A DNA stretch of 63,741 bases, filler included, from Globobulimina sp. (lineage: Eukaryota), in the NCBI GenBank assembly GCA_003354225.1. It is 36 parts of 36 records of this genome, joined end to end, with 100 filler letters (N's around TTAATTAATTAA, not from the genome) between each part and the next. Parts side by side here need not be neighbours in the genome. Positions count along the whole stretch, not along the records: positions 24,840 to 26,512 come from PIVH01013292.1; positions 26,613 to 28,285 come from PIVH01013293.1; positions 28,386 to 30,058 come from PIVH01013294.1; positions 30,159 to 31,831 come from PIVH01013295.1; positions 31,932 to 33,604 come from PIVH01013296.1; positions 33,705 to 35,377 come from PIVH01013297.1; positions 35,478 to 37,150 come from PIVH01013298.1; 29 more parts are not named here. One strand, written 5' to 3'. This document shows positions 25,424 through 37,250 of this stretch, one piece after another; position 1 is the first letter of the stretch; every line of letters begins with the position of its first letter. A program made the translations under genes and the position numbers. Below the pieces are notes generated by a model that saw only the letters and a list, made by a program, of their open reading frames with translations, was not told where the DNA came from and made no database searches.

Positions 25424-26512
25424 ATGGCGGATGTTGACTCTAATATTCTCAAAACATTGCAAAATCACGAATGTTACAACGCAATATCAATTCCAATTCT
25501 TTTACCAAAGGTTTGTTGATATACAAAATAGCTTTGATACAAATTAATCGACACCGTACATATTTAAAAAGAAATTCAGTGTTCGGGGATATTGTCGCCG
25601 ATTCCAAAAAGAATGCAAAATGAATATTGCCAACGGCATCCAACAAATAATAATTGATTATTATGTAAATAAGAATTTATCGCTCTCTGCAATCGCCCTA
25701 TTAAGCCATCCGATATTTAAACAATGCAATGACCGCACATTACACACAAACATCTACAACGTTGTAATAAATAATTCCTGTCCCCAATCGCATGTATTAT
25801 TAAATATTATGCATGAATTAAGTGAGAATGCGCATTTTATGAATTCAATATCTCTCGTAATCTCCCAACATTTGAAATGGGCCAAACAAATTAAACGATT
25901 ACAACTGGAAACATTCAGTGCCAAATTGCAAGAAGCAAAATATGTCGATGCTGCTGCAGACACCGATGCAGACACCGATGCAGACACTGAAGAAAGTAGC
26001 AGTTCGTGCCAACTCTCTGATAATTCCTCGACATCGTCGTCTCACCGTCCATTCCCTATACGTAACCAACAACATTTGGACAATGCGAATGAAGCAAATA
26101 TTAATCAACATTCGGATGTTGATATCAATAAAGTGAATCCAGTGAATAACGCATGGAATTATGATTATTCATCATCAGAATCAGAGTCATTATCAGAGGC
26201 ATTCTCAGAGGGAAAGCAGGAAATATATATACAACGTCGAAGTGAGACAGCATCGAGACCGGAAATAGAAGCTATACCCCGACAAAAACCAGTCATTGTA
26301 CCAAATAATAAGAAAGCATGTGAACAGTGCACATTTCATAATGCTTTAAAAGCTGCAAAATGTGTAATGTGCCAATATCCATTTAAAAATAAGAAAAAAC
26401 AACAAAAACAAAATGGAAAACAATATTTTAACAATGACGGTAATAAAAAGAAGAAGAAGAAAAAGAAAAAGAATCGTAAACCTAAATGGTGGATTTGCAA
26501 CGAGTGCTTTGT
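25424..26512 (+). CDS. RanBP2-type zinc finger protein, 3' partial; intron 25511-25571
   Basis: ACEQCTFHN....KCVMC and WICNEC; spliced N-terminus VRGYCR...IANGIQQIIIDYY. Confidence 0.72.
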
Positions 26513-28099
26513 NNNNNNNNNNNNNNNNNNNNNNNNNNNNNNNNNNNNNNNNNNNNTTAATTAATTAANNNNNNNNNNNNNNNNNNNNNNNNNNNNNNNN
26601 NNNNNNNNNNNNAAGGAGCGATCGCTGCACCTGATGATGCCTTTTTGGCGAAACATGTTGTGCTTTTTGCCCTACGGCAAGTGTGAGTTCCCTTGGAGAC
26701 TCTTAATTCGAACAGTAAAATCGGCCATTTAAGGCTTTCATTTTGCTCAAAAATCATAGGCCTAGTTGCGGCTGATGAGGAGGGACGAAATCTGCTTGTT
26801 GGTCCACGGCCGAGCCTCTTGCTCGTTTGAAAATTAATCTGTATGTCTGCCGGTTGTGACCATTTACCTGCTGCGGACGACTGTTTGTAACAAACAGCAG
26901 GAGGGGAGACGTAAATCCCATAGTCACTTCTGATGCTCTCTCTCAAACAATAATAGAGGGACATATGCACTCCAGGCCTGTTGAAAAGTGAAAAACAAAA
27001 TATAATCCCACTATGGTGGATGGTTTATTTTGAACGGGTCCATTGCAAAAATTCACAAAGCATCATTGAATAGAAAATAACATTTCGGACCACAAATTTG
27101 TGGAATTACTGCCGAAAATTGAATGCATATTTTATGCAAAAGACAAAATTATCATTTTGTTGGCTGTCATATCGCACTTTTAATTGGGTTTAAGTGCCTT
27201 TTTTATTGATGAAAAATAGATCTATTCTGCCAAATTTTCTGTTTTAAGAAAACCGCCGATTTTCGCAATTATATCACACTTTTAGTGCTGCTCAAAGTAT
27301 TTTGAATTAGCGAAAATTCGTTTAATTTGGCTAGTTAAAACTAACGTTTCTTGGCTGCCTTATCGCACACTTAGCGAACTTTAATAATGTGTGTTGTTTA
27401 CATAAGCAAAATGCACAAAATGAACAAAAGTTACTTGGTTGGTTACAGTACCCATGAGAAAATGGCCTTATTTAGTCACTTCTAAAGTCACTAGAGTTTG
27501 AGGCCATATTATACATACTTAGTGGCATAAAACCATTTCTGAATTATCAAAAAATTGGCAAACTTGTGCTGTCATATCGTCCTCTCTAATACACTTTTTG
27601 AAATATAGCCTCCGAGTTTTCAAACAAAAGAACTTTTGCGTCGAAATTTGTTAGAAATCTAAAATAGATTTATCTGAAACTTGATATGTTTAAAGGCAGT
27701 CTTTCGAAGTCCAAGCAAGTGAGAGACTTCTATAGATCTAGTAACTGTAAATTCGTTTTTAACTTGCAATTTTCTATTCAAAAATGATGGGAAGGGAGTA
27801 TCATTATGTGACGCCTCATTGGCCAATATTGGGACCTTTCTTAACTTTTATCGATTGTCATTTGGCTCAATTTATTGAGGCCAATTTCTCCGCCAGAGGT
27901 CGCTCTGACTTGTTTACAGCCAAACCGGACCCGACGGCCTAGAGCAACAGCCATTATTGAGACATTTCTGCCGGTTGCGTGCTTGGGCATTGTAACTAGG
28001 TGTCTCAATGCAGCAAAAGCTGCTACACAATACAGTCCCAGAGGACTAAAACATATAAAACACCTCATTTGATGTGTCTTTTGACACTCATTTTTATGC

Positions 28100-28205
28100 G
28101 ACGTGTCCGCAGTACACTATCGCACTTGGTTCTTATGTGACGTGTCCCTGCAGCACACGATCACTCATATGCAACGTGTCCGCAGTACACGATTGCTCTT
28201 GGTTC
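28100..28205. repeat. Three imperfect repeats with core ACGTGTCC(G)CAG(T)ACAC
   Basis: Copies near 28101, 28140 and 28174. Confidence 0.55.
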
Positions 28206-28385
28206 AGTGCTTGTAATGCACCAACCATTACTCTGTGTAGGCATCAGGCCAAACAGAGTAGCAATTTTAAAATTGCTTAATTATTNNNNNNNNNNNNNNN
28301 NNNNNNNNNNNNNNNNNNNNNNNNNNNNNTTAATTAATTAANNNNNNNNNNNNNNNNNNNNNNNNNNNNNNNNNNNNNNNNNNNN

Positions 28386-29454
28386 AATTATTTGTGTTTA
28401 AATTTGATACAAATATTAAATCTCGCCACACTTTCATCGTTTCGCAAGGATTGGTCTTGAAATATGAGCGTAAATAATCCGCCAACATCGGGTTACGGAT
28501 TTGTTTGACACTCAAAAAATTAGAGCCTAAGCAATGCGTCGCAATGCTCCATATTTTGATGTTTCTGAGTTGTTTGGTCAATGTATTATTATTTTCTGTT
28601 TGCTTGTATTTGTAAATTGTATTTGCTACGTTTTTATTCTCTTTGCTGCAAATTAGTTCCAGTGCTTTGAATAATTTCTTATCTGCGCTGAAATGTTTAT
28701 TGTACTTTGGGTATGAAATAGAATTATAATCATCCAATGTTTTGATGTGTGCTATCAATTTGTTTAGGAATAAAATGGTTTGTTTTTGCAATTCGATATG
28801 ATTCGAAATTAAATATAAAACAATGGAATGTAAAAATTCATGAGACTTAGTGACAAATAATTGATATTTATTGCTTTTAAAAAATAAATTTATGTATGAT
28901 TTCAAAACCATGGCACGTAACAAAGCCAATCGATTTAGAAATTTTAAATCGTAATCAATGGCAATGTTTGCCTTTTCTAATAGGAATTTATTGGTATCAT
29001 CAGATAAAAACTGACAAGTTGACTCATAAAATAATGGTAGAAAAGATTCCATTTTATTATTGGATTTAAATTGAATGGATTGGAACATCCATAAACATAT
29101 GATACATAATTCTAAGTCTGTGCTCTCGCGGATAATATTCAAGATATTAAAATATAATTTATGTACATGAGGCTCGTATTGGTTATTATTTGATGAGTAA
29201 CTCGGAGATAGATTTAATACAAAACCAACAACGGGGACAATATGATACAATGTGCGGGAAGTAATATGATCATTGTGTCTTATATCTGTATCACGTTGTA
29301 ATATTTGCAATATTTCCTCTAGATTTGAACTGATAAAGTCATTTTCTTGACATGTTGATTCCATTACTTGCAATTCTTTGAAAAATTCTTTGTACAATGT
29401 AGCTAATTTTATGTTATCAGTTTCTTTTGTTATTGAATGGAGAAGAGCTGACAT
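28386..29454 (-). CDS. HEAT-like protein resembling the Rif1 N-terminal domain, 3' partial
   Basis: Spacing of ILQILQRD..VGFVL, LCIICLWMFQSIQF, IWSIATHCLG, MKVWRDLI recalls Rif1_N; weak. Confidence 0.45.
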
Positions 29455-29643
29455 GGTACTTCTTGATAATTTAGATAAAATGGTGAAGTGTCTAAATTAT
29501 AAAGTGGTTAAATTAATGCAGCTCAATAAATTTACCATTTGTTTCGAAGAAGGAGGACAAGAGTAACTAATAAGTTAAATTTAAGGGCATTCAAACAAAA
29601 AAAAAACCGATCAACATCGTCAATAATTTCAATGTCACTGTTG

Positions 29644-30058
29644 TCACAGCGGAGGAATGATAAACAGCGAAACAAATAATATGACACCAAAAATAACAGA
29701 AAGACAAATGACAACAACCTTGAATAATTTTGGATGCTTAAAACATGGCATGCAACAGCCACACTTTTCCAATTTCCGTAAAAAAAATTGGATAAACCAC
29801 CGGAAACACATAGGATAAGCAAAGAACCCCAGCATAAAATTAACGATCAAACTAAGCAGGAATATCAATCCACAGGGTAGCCACGACTTATTTGCGATGT
29901 ATGCATCCATGCTTTTTGCCAAGTAATTCACGCAAAATTCTTTTAACAAATCCCCGATAGAGCTCAGCATGAAAATAACTATACAGTCCGTCAATACGGC
30001 GAGTAATACAAAAACACCAAACCAAATTCGTGCAAAATACGAGATGCGCATCACCTCC
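29644..30058 (-). CDS. Membrane protein, C-terminal fragment
   Basis: Three hydrophobic segments. Confidence 0.5.
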
Positions 30059-30158
30059 NNNNNNNNNNNNNNNNNNNNNNNNNNNNNNNNNNNNNNNNNN
30101 NNTTAATTAATTAANNNNNNNNNNNNNNNNNNNNNNNNNNNNNNNNNNNNNNNNNNNN

Positions 30159-30768
30159 CGAGAATGGAACGAGAAATACCATCCAAATGAATTGGAATTT
30201 AAAGAGAAAATATCTGTTTCTCAGAATGACGCAGATGCAGAGAATGAGAAAAAATATTTAATGCAATTAAAAGGGAAACAGCAGGCTGAGATTGTGAGAT
30301 TGGGCCAAATTGTCGAAAAGCAGCAGACTGAAATTAAAACCGTTAATGCATTGAATAAGAAGCAGTCGATACAATTGTTAGCTTTGCGAACAATGTCACA
30401 GCTGAAGTCATTAACCTCTGCGCCATTGCCATTGCCATTGATGCCATTAATCCCATCACCGATAGCCATAACTAATAATGTTGAGTTTGGATGTTTTAAT
30501 TTTATGTATACTGTATTTGTTTATGTGCTTTGTTTGTATATAGGATGATAAAAAGGAATGGGAACAGGATTTAGGGTTTAAGGATATTTTGGAGCAATTG
30601 AATAAACGAATCAGTGTTTTGAAAAATAAATATGCTCAGAGGAAGACGCATGGCATAAAGCCCATAAAGGGGAAAGATTTGGAAACATATAGAAATGAGT
30701 TGGATGAAATATGCAAAGTATCCAATTCGTTTAAGTTGGATGTGAATCAGCTTGCAAATGGAATATAA
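30159..30768 (+). CDS. Coiled-coil protein, C-terminal part; intron 30480-30543
   Basis: Spliced frame continues DDKKEWEQDL...ANGI*. Confidence 0.55.
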
Positions 30769-30911
30769 CTTAGGTGGCTAATTAATTAACATTGCTCAAA
30801 TGTCAATCAAGTACATTTTACAAATTTTAATTTTAATTAACTTATATGCGTACCCAACGAGTCAAGGAAATGTGATATTTAGAGTGCTCAAAAACAGTTT
30901 AATTTGAGCAT

Positions 30912-31814
30912 ATGTGCATCATGTCAGCACCTAAATTTTTATGTGCCTATTTAAAGAACAATAGTAATGCACTTCCATCAAATGCTCAAACATTGGTGGA
31001 TTATTCAAAAAATCAGTTGTCGTGGATAGATTCACATGACGTTATTGTGCAATATATCAATGAAGAAGGAAATAAGTACAGCACATTTAATATAAAGCAA
31101 ATCCAAAAACAAGTCAGTGTTTACATTCCATTAAGTACAAACGATTTAGATATTGACAAAAAAGATGAAATGGAAATTAAGACAGAAAGCAAAGTGTTTG
31201 AAGAAGATATTTGCTCTCTCCATGATATGACAGATATGAGCATACAAGAACAATTGTTTTATTTTTGTAAAAAAGGAAAAATCGAGGATATAAAAGCGAT
31301 AGCCATCTCAAAGCAGATTGATATAAATGCTAAAGATTTAACAGGAACACAAATGAATCCATATAGCACTGGAAACACTGCGTTGCATTTTGCTGTTTTA
31401 TCAGGATCATTACAAACAGTACAAACTGTCTATAATCTACAAGCACGTATTGACGCTGTAAACAAGTTACATTCAACACCGTTGCATATTGCAGCCTCAA
31501 TGGGTTACGCTGAGATTGTTGAATATTTATTGAGTTTAAAAGCAGATATTTCAGCAACAAACATTATCAAAAACACAGCCCTACATTGTGCAATATATGC
31601 TGGTCATGTTGATACTGTCAAGATATTGTTAGATCACTTTGATGAGCCACAAACAGCATTGTTATCACCAGCTAATGGCATTGGGATGACACCAGTTCAA
31701 TATACAGCTCACGATGATATGAAAGAATATTTGAGACAATTTTTCCCAACAAAACACAAAGAAAATGTTAACAGGAATAATATTATTGAGGAAGAAAATT
31801 CTTATATTGATTGA
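30912..31814 (+). CDS. Ankyrin-repeat protein
   Basis: GNTALHFAV, STPLHIAASMG, NTALHCAIYAGH. Confidence 0.88.
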   Translation: MCIMSAPKFLCAYLKNNSNALPSNAQTLVDYSKNQLSWIDSHDVIVQYINEEGNKYSTFNIKQIQKQVSVYIPLSTNDLDIDKKDEMEIKTESKVFEEDICSLHDMTDMSIQEQLFYFCKKGKIEDIKAIAISKQIDINAKDLTGTQMNPYSTGNTALHFAVLSGSLQTVQTVYNLQARIDAVNKLHSTPLHIAASMGYAEIVEYLLSLKADISATNIIKNTALHCAIYAGHVDTVKILLDHFDEPQTALLSPANGIGMTPVQYTAHDDMKEYLRQFFPTKHKENVNRNNIIEEENSYID

Positions 31815-31990
31815 TTGTAAATGCCCTCAATNNNNNNNNNNNNNNNNNNNNNNNNNNNNNNNNNNNNNNNNNNNNTTAATTAATTAANNNNNNNNNNNNN
31901 NNNNNNNNNNNNNNNNNNNNNNNNNNNNNNNTGGTTCACATTTGCACCATATTCGCAGTCAAAATTATTCTCCATCGCATATTCTTCAAA

Positions 31991-32530
31991 TTAAACCAGA
32001 CGGAATTGATATTGTTTCAACATCCAAATTATATAAAATTGCAATGCTCCTTCAGCTCTAACATCATATTCAATATATCCCAAAGCAGCTGCATCTTGCG
32101 GTAAAAACATGCGTTCTGAGCGTGACAGAGACTGCGCATTTTTTGGATGAAACATTAAAAATGCGAAGCACATTTCATTCCGTGTAGACTCGCCACCAAC
32201 TGTCCATCCCACGGCATTCAACAATTAACATCGATGGGTGCTAATTCTGTCCCATTGCGAATATGTCGGAGTCTGCCAGCTCTCCCTAATAAATGTTGAT
32301 GATGCATATTGGCAAAAACTTTTATGCCTTGAGCAGGTATCCCTCGTTTAGACTTAGCCGACAGCCCATACATAAAGATGGCATTCGTGCAATGACTTTT
32401 ATTTGTTGCCATGTTGGCATATCGACTGCAATCCCATTGAGTGCCAACAAAGTCAGGATCCACGAACTCTGTCGGAGATATACCGATTGCAGCCCATCCT
32501 GCAGTACTACTTCTAATCCAAATTCAATAT
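31991..32530 (-). pseudogene. Copper type II monooxygenase (DBH/MOXD1-like), disrupted fragment
   Basis: GIKVFANMHHQHLLGR..LRHIRNG.EL, then GGESTRNEMC in another frame, with the intervening segment missing. Confidence 0.72.
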
Positions 32531-32726
32531 AACAATCGTCTGAATGTGGTGTCCAAGCCATGTTTGATATTCTGCTGTGACATATCCACAATAAAAAAAT
32601 AAAATCAACCCTAACAACGAGCGAGTTGACATGATGAGGCGTGATTTTTATCCACTGCCAGTGGTCGGATATTTACAGTTTGTTTCTTTTAGTTTGAATG
32701 GTTCAGTTTGGAAAAGTGTAAATAAA

Positions 32727-33356
32727 ATGGGCTGTTTTAAAAGCACCAGTAACGCCGAAGCAAGAAAACAACAGTTTGACAACGAAGAAAAAGTTGGCAA
32801 ACCAAGGCAGAAACTAACAGGGGATGAACAAACACCAACCATCGATTCAAATGCCTTGCCATCATACACCGGCGAACATGAGCCGCTCAATGCATCCATG
32901 ACCTCGACTGCCTCAACTATCCCGCAACCGCCATACCATTCTGTTTTAAATAATTTTCACAACAATGCAAATATTGGTGGTGATGCCAACCAATATAACG
33001 ATTATACCACGAATCTAAAAGTGGATAGAGATCGACATCATAGTCATCGAATTGCAGCAAACAGTATGCTGGATTCCCACGGCAATGTGCATGTGAATAA
33101 ATATTACAATGTGACACGAAATCACAACCTATCCAATGCATCGAAATTGACAGATTTATCAGAAATGCCAGCGCCATTTGCCATGCATCTCACAAATAAT
33201 TTTAGCAATACGAGCAATATATCTCTTCCTGTCGAGCAACAGCATGGTAAATATAAAGTGAGTGTGGATTCTGTGATTACAACTATACCAAAGGTGTTAT
33301 GGGATGATTTTAGCGATCGAGGATCTGAAATCACTTCAAATACAGAGACAGTTTGA
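32727..33356 (+). CDS. Hypothetical protein with MGC N-terminal acylation motif
   Basis: MGCFKS start; disordered-looking body. Confidence 0.55.
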   Translation: MGCFKSTSNAEARKQQFDNEEKVGKPRQKLTGDEQTPTIDSNALPSYTGEHEPLNASMTSTASTIPQPPYHSVLNNFHNNANIGGDANQYNDYTTNLKVDRDRHHSHRIAANSMLDSHGNVHVNKYYNVTRNHNLSNASKLTDLSEMPAPFAMHLTNNFSNTSNISLPVEQQHGKYKVSVDSVITTIPKVLWDDFSDRGSEITSNTETV

Positions 33357-33869
33357 TTTGTTATACTTTTAATTCGTTAAATACATTTTTATATTTTTAT
33401 GTATTCAATTTATTCTTTAGGACTTTCACATTTTTTTAAATCTTGATAGAAGGTTAACGGATAGAAATGTATTACTTCATTATCTTCTTAGTTCTTAAAA
33501 ATACTATTCGGGTTTTCACGGAGTACTGCTAGTCAAAATTAATAGAATTAAGAAGGAAAAAAACTTACACTGTCTCTTTGACGATGCCTGTATTGTGTGC
33601 AGAGNNNNNNNNNNNNNNNNNNNNNNNNNNNNNNNNNNNNNNNNNNNNTTAATTAATTAANNNNNNNNNNNNNNNNNNNNNNNNNNNNNNNNNNNNNNNN
33701 NNNNGCAATTGCCTTCAACAAGAAACTACGTTCAGCGGAGCTAAGCATGGATATAAAATTATCCGTACGAATCTAGACGTGCAAGGATATGATCGACAAA
33801 TATTATAATTAATCAAAAAATTAATTCAAAACTGATAACTTTTGATCCTGCCTCAAAGTTATCTCACTA

Positions 33870-35216
33870 TTACGACCTCATTTTACTCCGATACGTCTTC
33901 CTTCTCGCAGTGCTGCCCTGTCTTTTCACACTGCCCCTCCTTTTATATTTACCCAAAGTCCCTCGAGTTCCCCATTTCTGTCTCTTAGCATCTCTCCGAT
34001 ACCCATCAAAATTGCCTTTACCATTCCCCCTAAAACCCCCTCTACCTCTACCACGCCCTCCAAAACCACTTCTACCGCGCCCTCTGGAACTCCCTCTACC
34101 GCGCCCTCTAAAGCTCCCTCTACCATTCTCCCTGAAACTCACTCTCCGGTTATCTTTCCCACCGTCATTGCGATTGCCGTACCTTTTCATGCCGCCCCTC
34201 CGGGCTCCCGATTCTCCTCTTTTCTCCATACCGGCAAAGTATCGGCTCCTTTTGAAATCCGAATGATACGCATTGGTCGAACTGAATGTATTTCTGTGCT
34301 TATTTTTGCCCTTCAATCCTTTCTGTACGTAGCCGCTGCCATATTTTAAATCTTTAATAATCCGCCTCATGTTGGGCTTTTTCTTCTTTTTCGCGCTCAT
34401 TTTGCTCGTATAACTGCTCCGCGCGTCCTTCAATATGGCCTGCAATGACCGGTCATCTCTGTTTACATTTCGTTTCCAGTCATCGATGGCGGTGCTTTCC
34501 CTCCGTTTTCTCGCGGAGTTTTCCTGCATTTTCTGACTCATCATTTGTTTGTGATATTTTTTTAGGCGGCGATTTCTTTTGCGATTCTCCACAATACCGA
34601 TTTTTTTCTGTTCCCACAATATTCTGCTCTTGATTTTTTTCATATGAATGTCGGTTTTGATCATTTCTGCGTAGTAATCATTTGGCCGTTGGATGATATT
34701 GATGCCGTTGGGCACTTCCTTTTTGATTTTATTTAATGCGATTTTGACGCACAACAAAGTGTTTTCGTAAAAAAATGTCTCTCGCTTAAAATCGTTATTT
34801 TTCAATTTGGAGAGGTTTAAATTTCGTTTTTGGTGATTTGCGGGGATTGCGGCCGTTGACATTGTTAGCGATTCGAACCAGTTTAAAGAGGATGTTTTGG
34901 CTTTTAAATGCGATAATTTTTGGTTCAATACATCTTTGTTACACACAGATCGTAATTTTTTTAGCATTAAAGGCGGTGTGTTTTTGTCTTTGGAGGGTAT
35001 GACTTCGACGTTGTCGCCAATGGATTGGGAGACTTTATTCCAGTCAATGTCGTCCAGTGTGAAATTAAAATTTGGATCAGTTTCTGGTTCAGCTTCGTTT
35101 TCGTTGTCTGATACTTCGTCATAGCTTTCGATTCCATCTTCTTGGTCATCTTCTTGGTCATCTGTTCCACTGTAGTCTTGATTGTCTTCGTCATCTGATT
35201 CTAAAAAAGAGTCCAT
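33870..35216 (-). CDS. EBP2: rRNA-processing protein EBP2 with RGG-rich tail
   Basis: NDFKRETFFY, RPNDYYAEMIKTDIHMKKIK, RRLKKY. Confidence 0.92.
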   Translation of the reverse strand: MDSFLESDDEDNQDYSGTDDQEDDQEDGIESYDEVSDNENEAEPETDPNFNFTLDDIDWNKVSQSIGDNVEVIPSKDKNTPPLMLKKLRSVCNKDVLNQKLSHLKAKTSSLNWFESLTMSTAAIPANHQKRNLNLSKLKNNDFKRETFFYENTLLCVKIALNKIKKEVPNGINIIQRPNDYYAEMIKTDIHMKKIKSRILWEQKKIGIVENRKRNRRLKKYHKQMMSQKMQENSARKRRESTAIDDWKRNVNRDDRSLQAILKDARSSYTSKMSAKKKKKPNMRRIIKDLKYGSGYVQKGLKGKNKHRNTFSSTNAYHSDFKRSRYFAGMEKRGESGARRGGMKRYGNRNDGGKDNRRVSFRENGRGSFRGRGRGSSRGRGRSGFGGRGRGRGGFRGNGKGNFDGYRRDAKRQKWGTRGTLGKYKRRGSVKRQGSTARRKTYRSKMRS

Positions 35217-35285
35217 GATCAGAAATGTTTTATAACCTAAGTAAACTCAAAAACGCTTATTATAAATCATTCACTGCAGCGCACA

Positions 35286-35365
35286 ACTATTGAGCTAATT
35301 TATTGGCGAGCGATCAACTCCAAAAGTTGAAGTCCTATCAGTATAATTAAAATTAGCTCAATAGT
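35286..35365. repeat. 16-bp perfect inverted repeat spanning 80 bp
   Basis: ACTATTGAGCTAATTT (35286-35301) and AAATTAGCTCAATAGT (35350-35365). Confidence 0.8.
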
Positions 35366-35477
35366 CACTGCAGTCACNNNNNNNNNNNNNNNNNNNNNNN
35401 NNNNNNNNNNNNNNNNNNNNNTTAATTAATTAANNNNNNNNNNNNNNNNNNNNNNNNNNNNNNNNNNNNNNNNNNNN

Positions 35478-36355
35478 TATACATTATAAATCACTAAACA
35501 TTCATAAAGACATTGGAAAAATGGATCTATGTCTTCTTTGCGATTGGATTTCAATTTATTCTTTTTCTCATCACCAATTGCGTTGTGGTTGGGGTTGTTG
35601 TGGTTGTTGTCGTTGTCGGTGATGGTGTCTTCATAATATGCTTTATAGAAATCTTTGTATTTATAATCATTACAAATATAATTTAAGAATGAATAGTAAA
35701 TGAGTTGCACGACAGAGCGGACATAAACAGGTTTTTCGTCAATTTTTGATGCTTCATATTGTGTTTGTGTATTTGTCACAGTTTTTTTACTTAAAACAAT
35801 TGAGATTATATCGCTCATTTGATACGAATCAATATTACTTACAAATGCTGCCAATTTCTCAATGAAATTGATGGTTTCACCAAATGTTAATTCGACTTCA
35901 GTATTATACTCATGTATCTCTTTAGAGAATGCCTGGATTAATACTGGCTCAAATGTTGATATATCAATCTCCATCTCAATTATATCTATTTTGTCTGTTT
36001 TGCTCTCCATTGCCGTTGTTAAAGCACTCGATATCGATGGTTTGAATGAACTGCTTTTCTGTACATGGTGATACCTCATAATCTCATCAGGATTATTATT
36101 GTTGTTATTATTATTATTATAGTTATTAATCATATTATTATTATTATTATAATTATATTGTACTTGGTATGGTTGTTGATAATTATATACCATTTGTTGT
36201 TGATAATTATTGTGACCATTTAGATGCTGTTGCTGTTGCTGTTGCATTTGAGGATAAATATTATAACCATTAGTTTGAGGCGGATGCATATTATAACCAT
36301 TGATTGCAGTTTTGGGTGCTCCTTTATCACTGGCATTGGTTGCTTCGTGAGCCAT
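35478..36355 (-). CDS. Hypothetical protein with Q/N-rich N-terminus, 3' partial
   Basis: Long ORF with poly-N/Q tracts. Confidence 0.6.
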
Positions 36356-36425
36356 ACTACTTCAGTAAAAAATTCTTTTGTTTTTATGTTTCAAGGCAAT
36401 GGCAACCTGAAATTTAAGCTAGAAC

Positions 36426-36890
36426 ATGTCATCCAAAACCAATACCAAAACCAGGAGCAGGAGCAGGAGTAGGAGCAGGAGCAGAGAATATAAAAAGAAA
36501 AGAAGAAAAAGAGAACGAGAGCGCGATCGAGATAGAGATAGAAAACGTGATAGGGAGAGGGAGAGAGAAAGAGAGAGAGATAGAGAGAGAGCAAGGAAAC
36601 GAATAAAAGAAGCGGACAAAAATGAGAGAAAGATAACTAATGATAAATCAGACAAAAACAAAAAGGAAAAAACAGATTTAGATTTGGATAGTTTGCCATC
36701 ACTAAATTTGAGTGAAGAAGAAATAATGAAAAAATTGGGTTTACCGTGCAATGGATTTGATAGTTCAAAAGGAAAAAAATCAGATGAATCCTCAGGAATG
36801 GAAGGCGCGAGGATTAAAAGTAGGAGACAATACAGGCAATATATGAACAGAAGAGGTGGTTTTAATCGTCCATTGTCCAAATCATATTAA
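36426..36890 (+). CDS. SNRNP27: U4/U6.U5 tri-snRNP 27-kDa protein
   Basis: RS/RD/RE N-terminus; GFDSSKGK, RQYRQYMNRRGGFNRPL. Confidence 0.93.
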   Translation: MSSKTNTKTRSRSRSRSRSREYKKKRRKRERERDRDRDRKRDRERERERERDRERARKRIKEADKNERKITNDKSDKNKKEKTDLDLDSLPSLNLSEEEIMKKLGLPCNGFDSSKGKKSDESSGMEGARIKSRRQYRQYMNRRGGFNRPLSKSY

Positions 36891-37250
36891 ATGAATGTAT
36901 TTAATTTAATTTAATTGTTTCATAACTTAATTACACTACTCATGAGTCATGACACTGACTACTGTTACTTAAACAAAACAACAAAAAAAAAAATAAAAAA
37001 AAAATGCAAAAACATTTTGTACGTTTTTTTGCAACAAGAACAGCTCCGTCAGATCTGCGTCGGCCCGGTCCTTGGAGTGGTAAAGCGCCGTTATCCCGTA
37101 ATCAATTGGGCAAAAATAGATTATCTAAAACACATGGTTTTTTAGGGCATNNNNNNNNNNNNNNNNNNNNNNNNNNNNNNNNNNNNNNNNNNNNTTAATT
37201 AATTAANNNNNNNNNNNNNNNNNNNNNNNNNNNNNNNNNNNNNNNNNNNN

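Noticed and set aside
33910-36880. Antisense ORFs over EBP2 and SNRNP27 (and similar shadow ORFs over TLK, SYLF and others)
   Set aside because: Shadows of low-complexity coding sequence on the opposite strand
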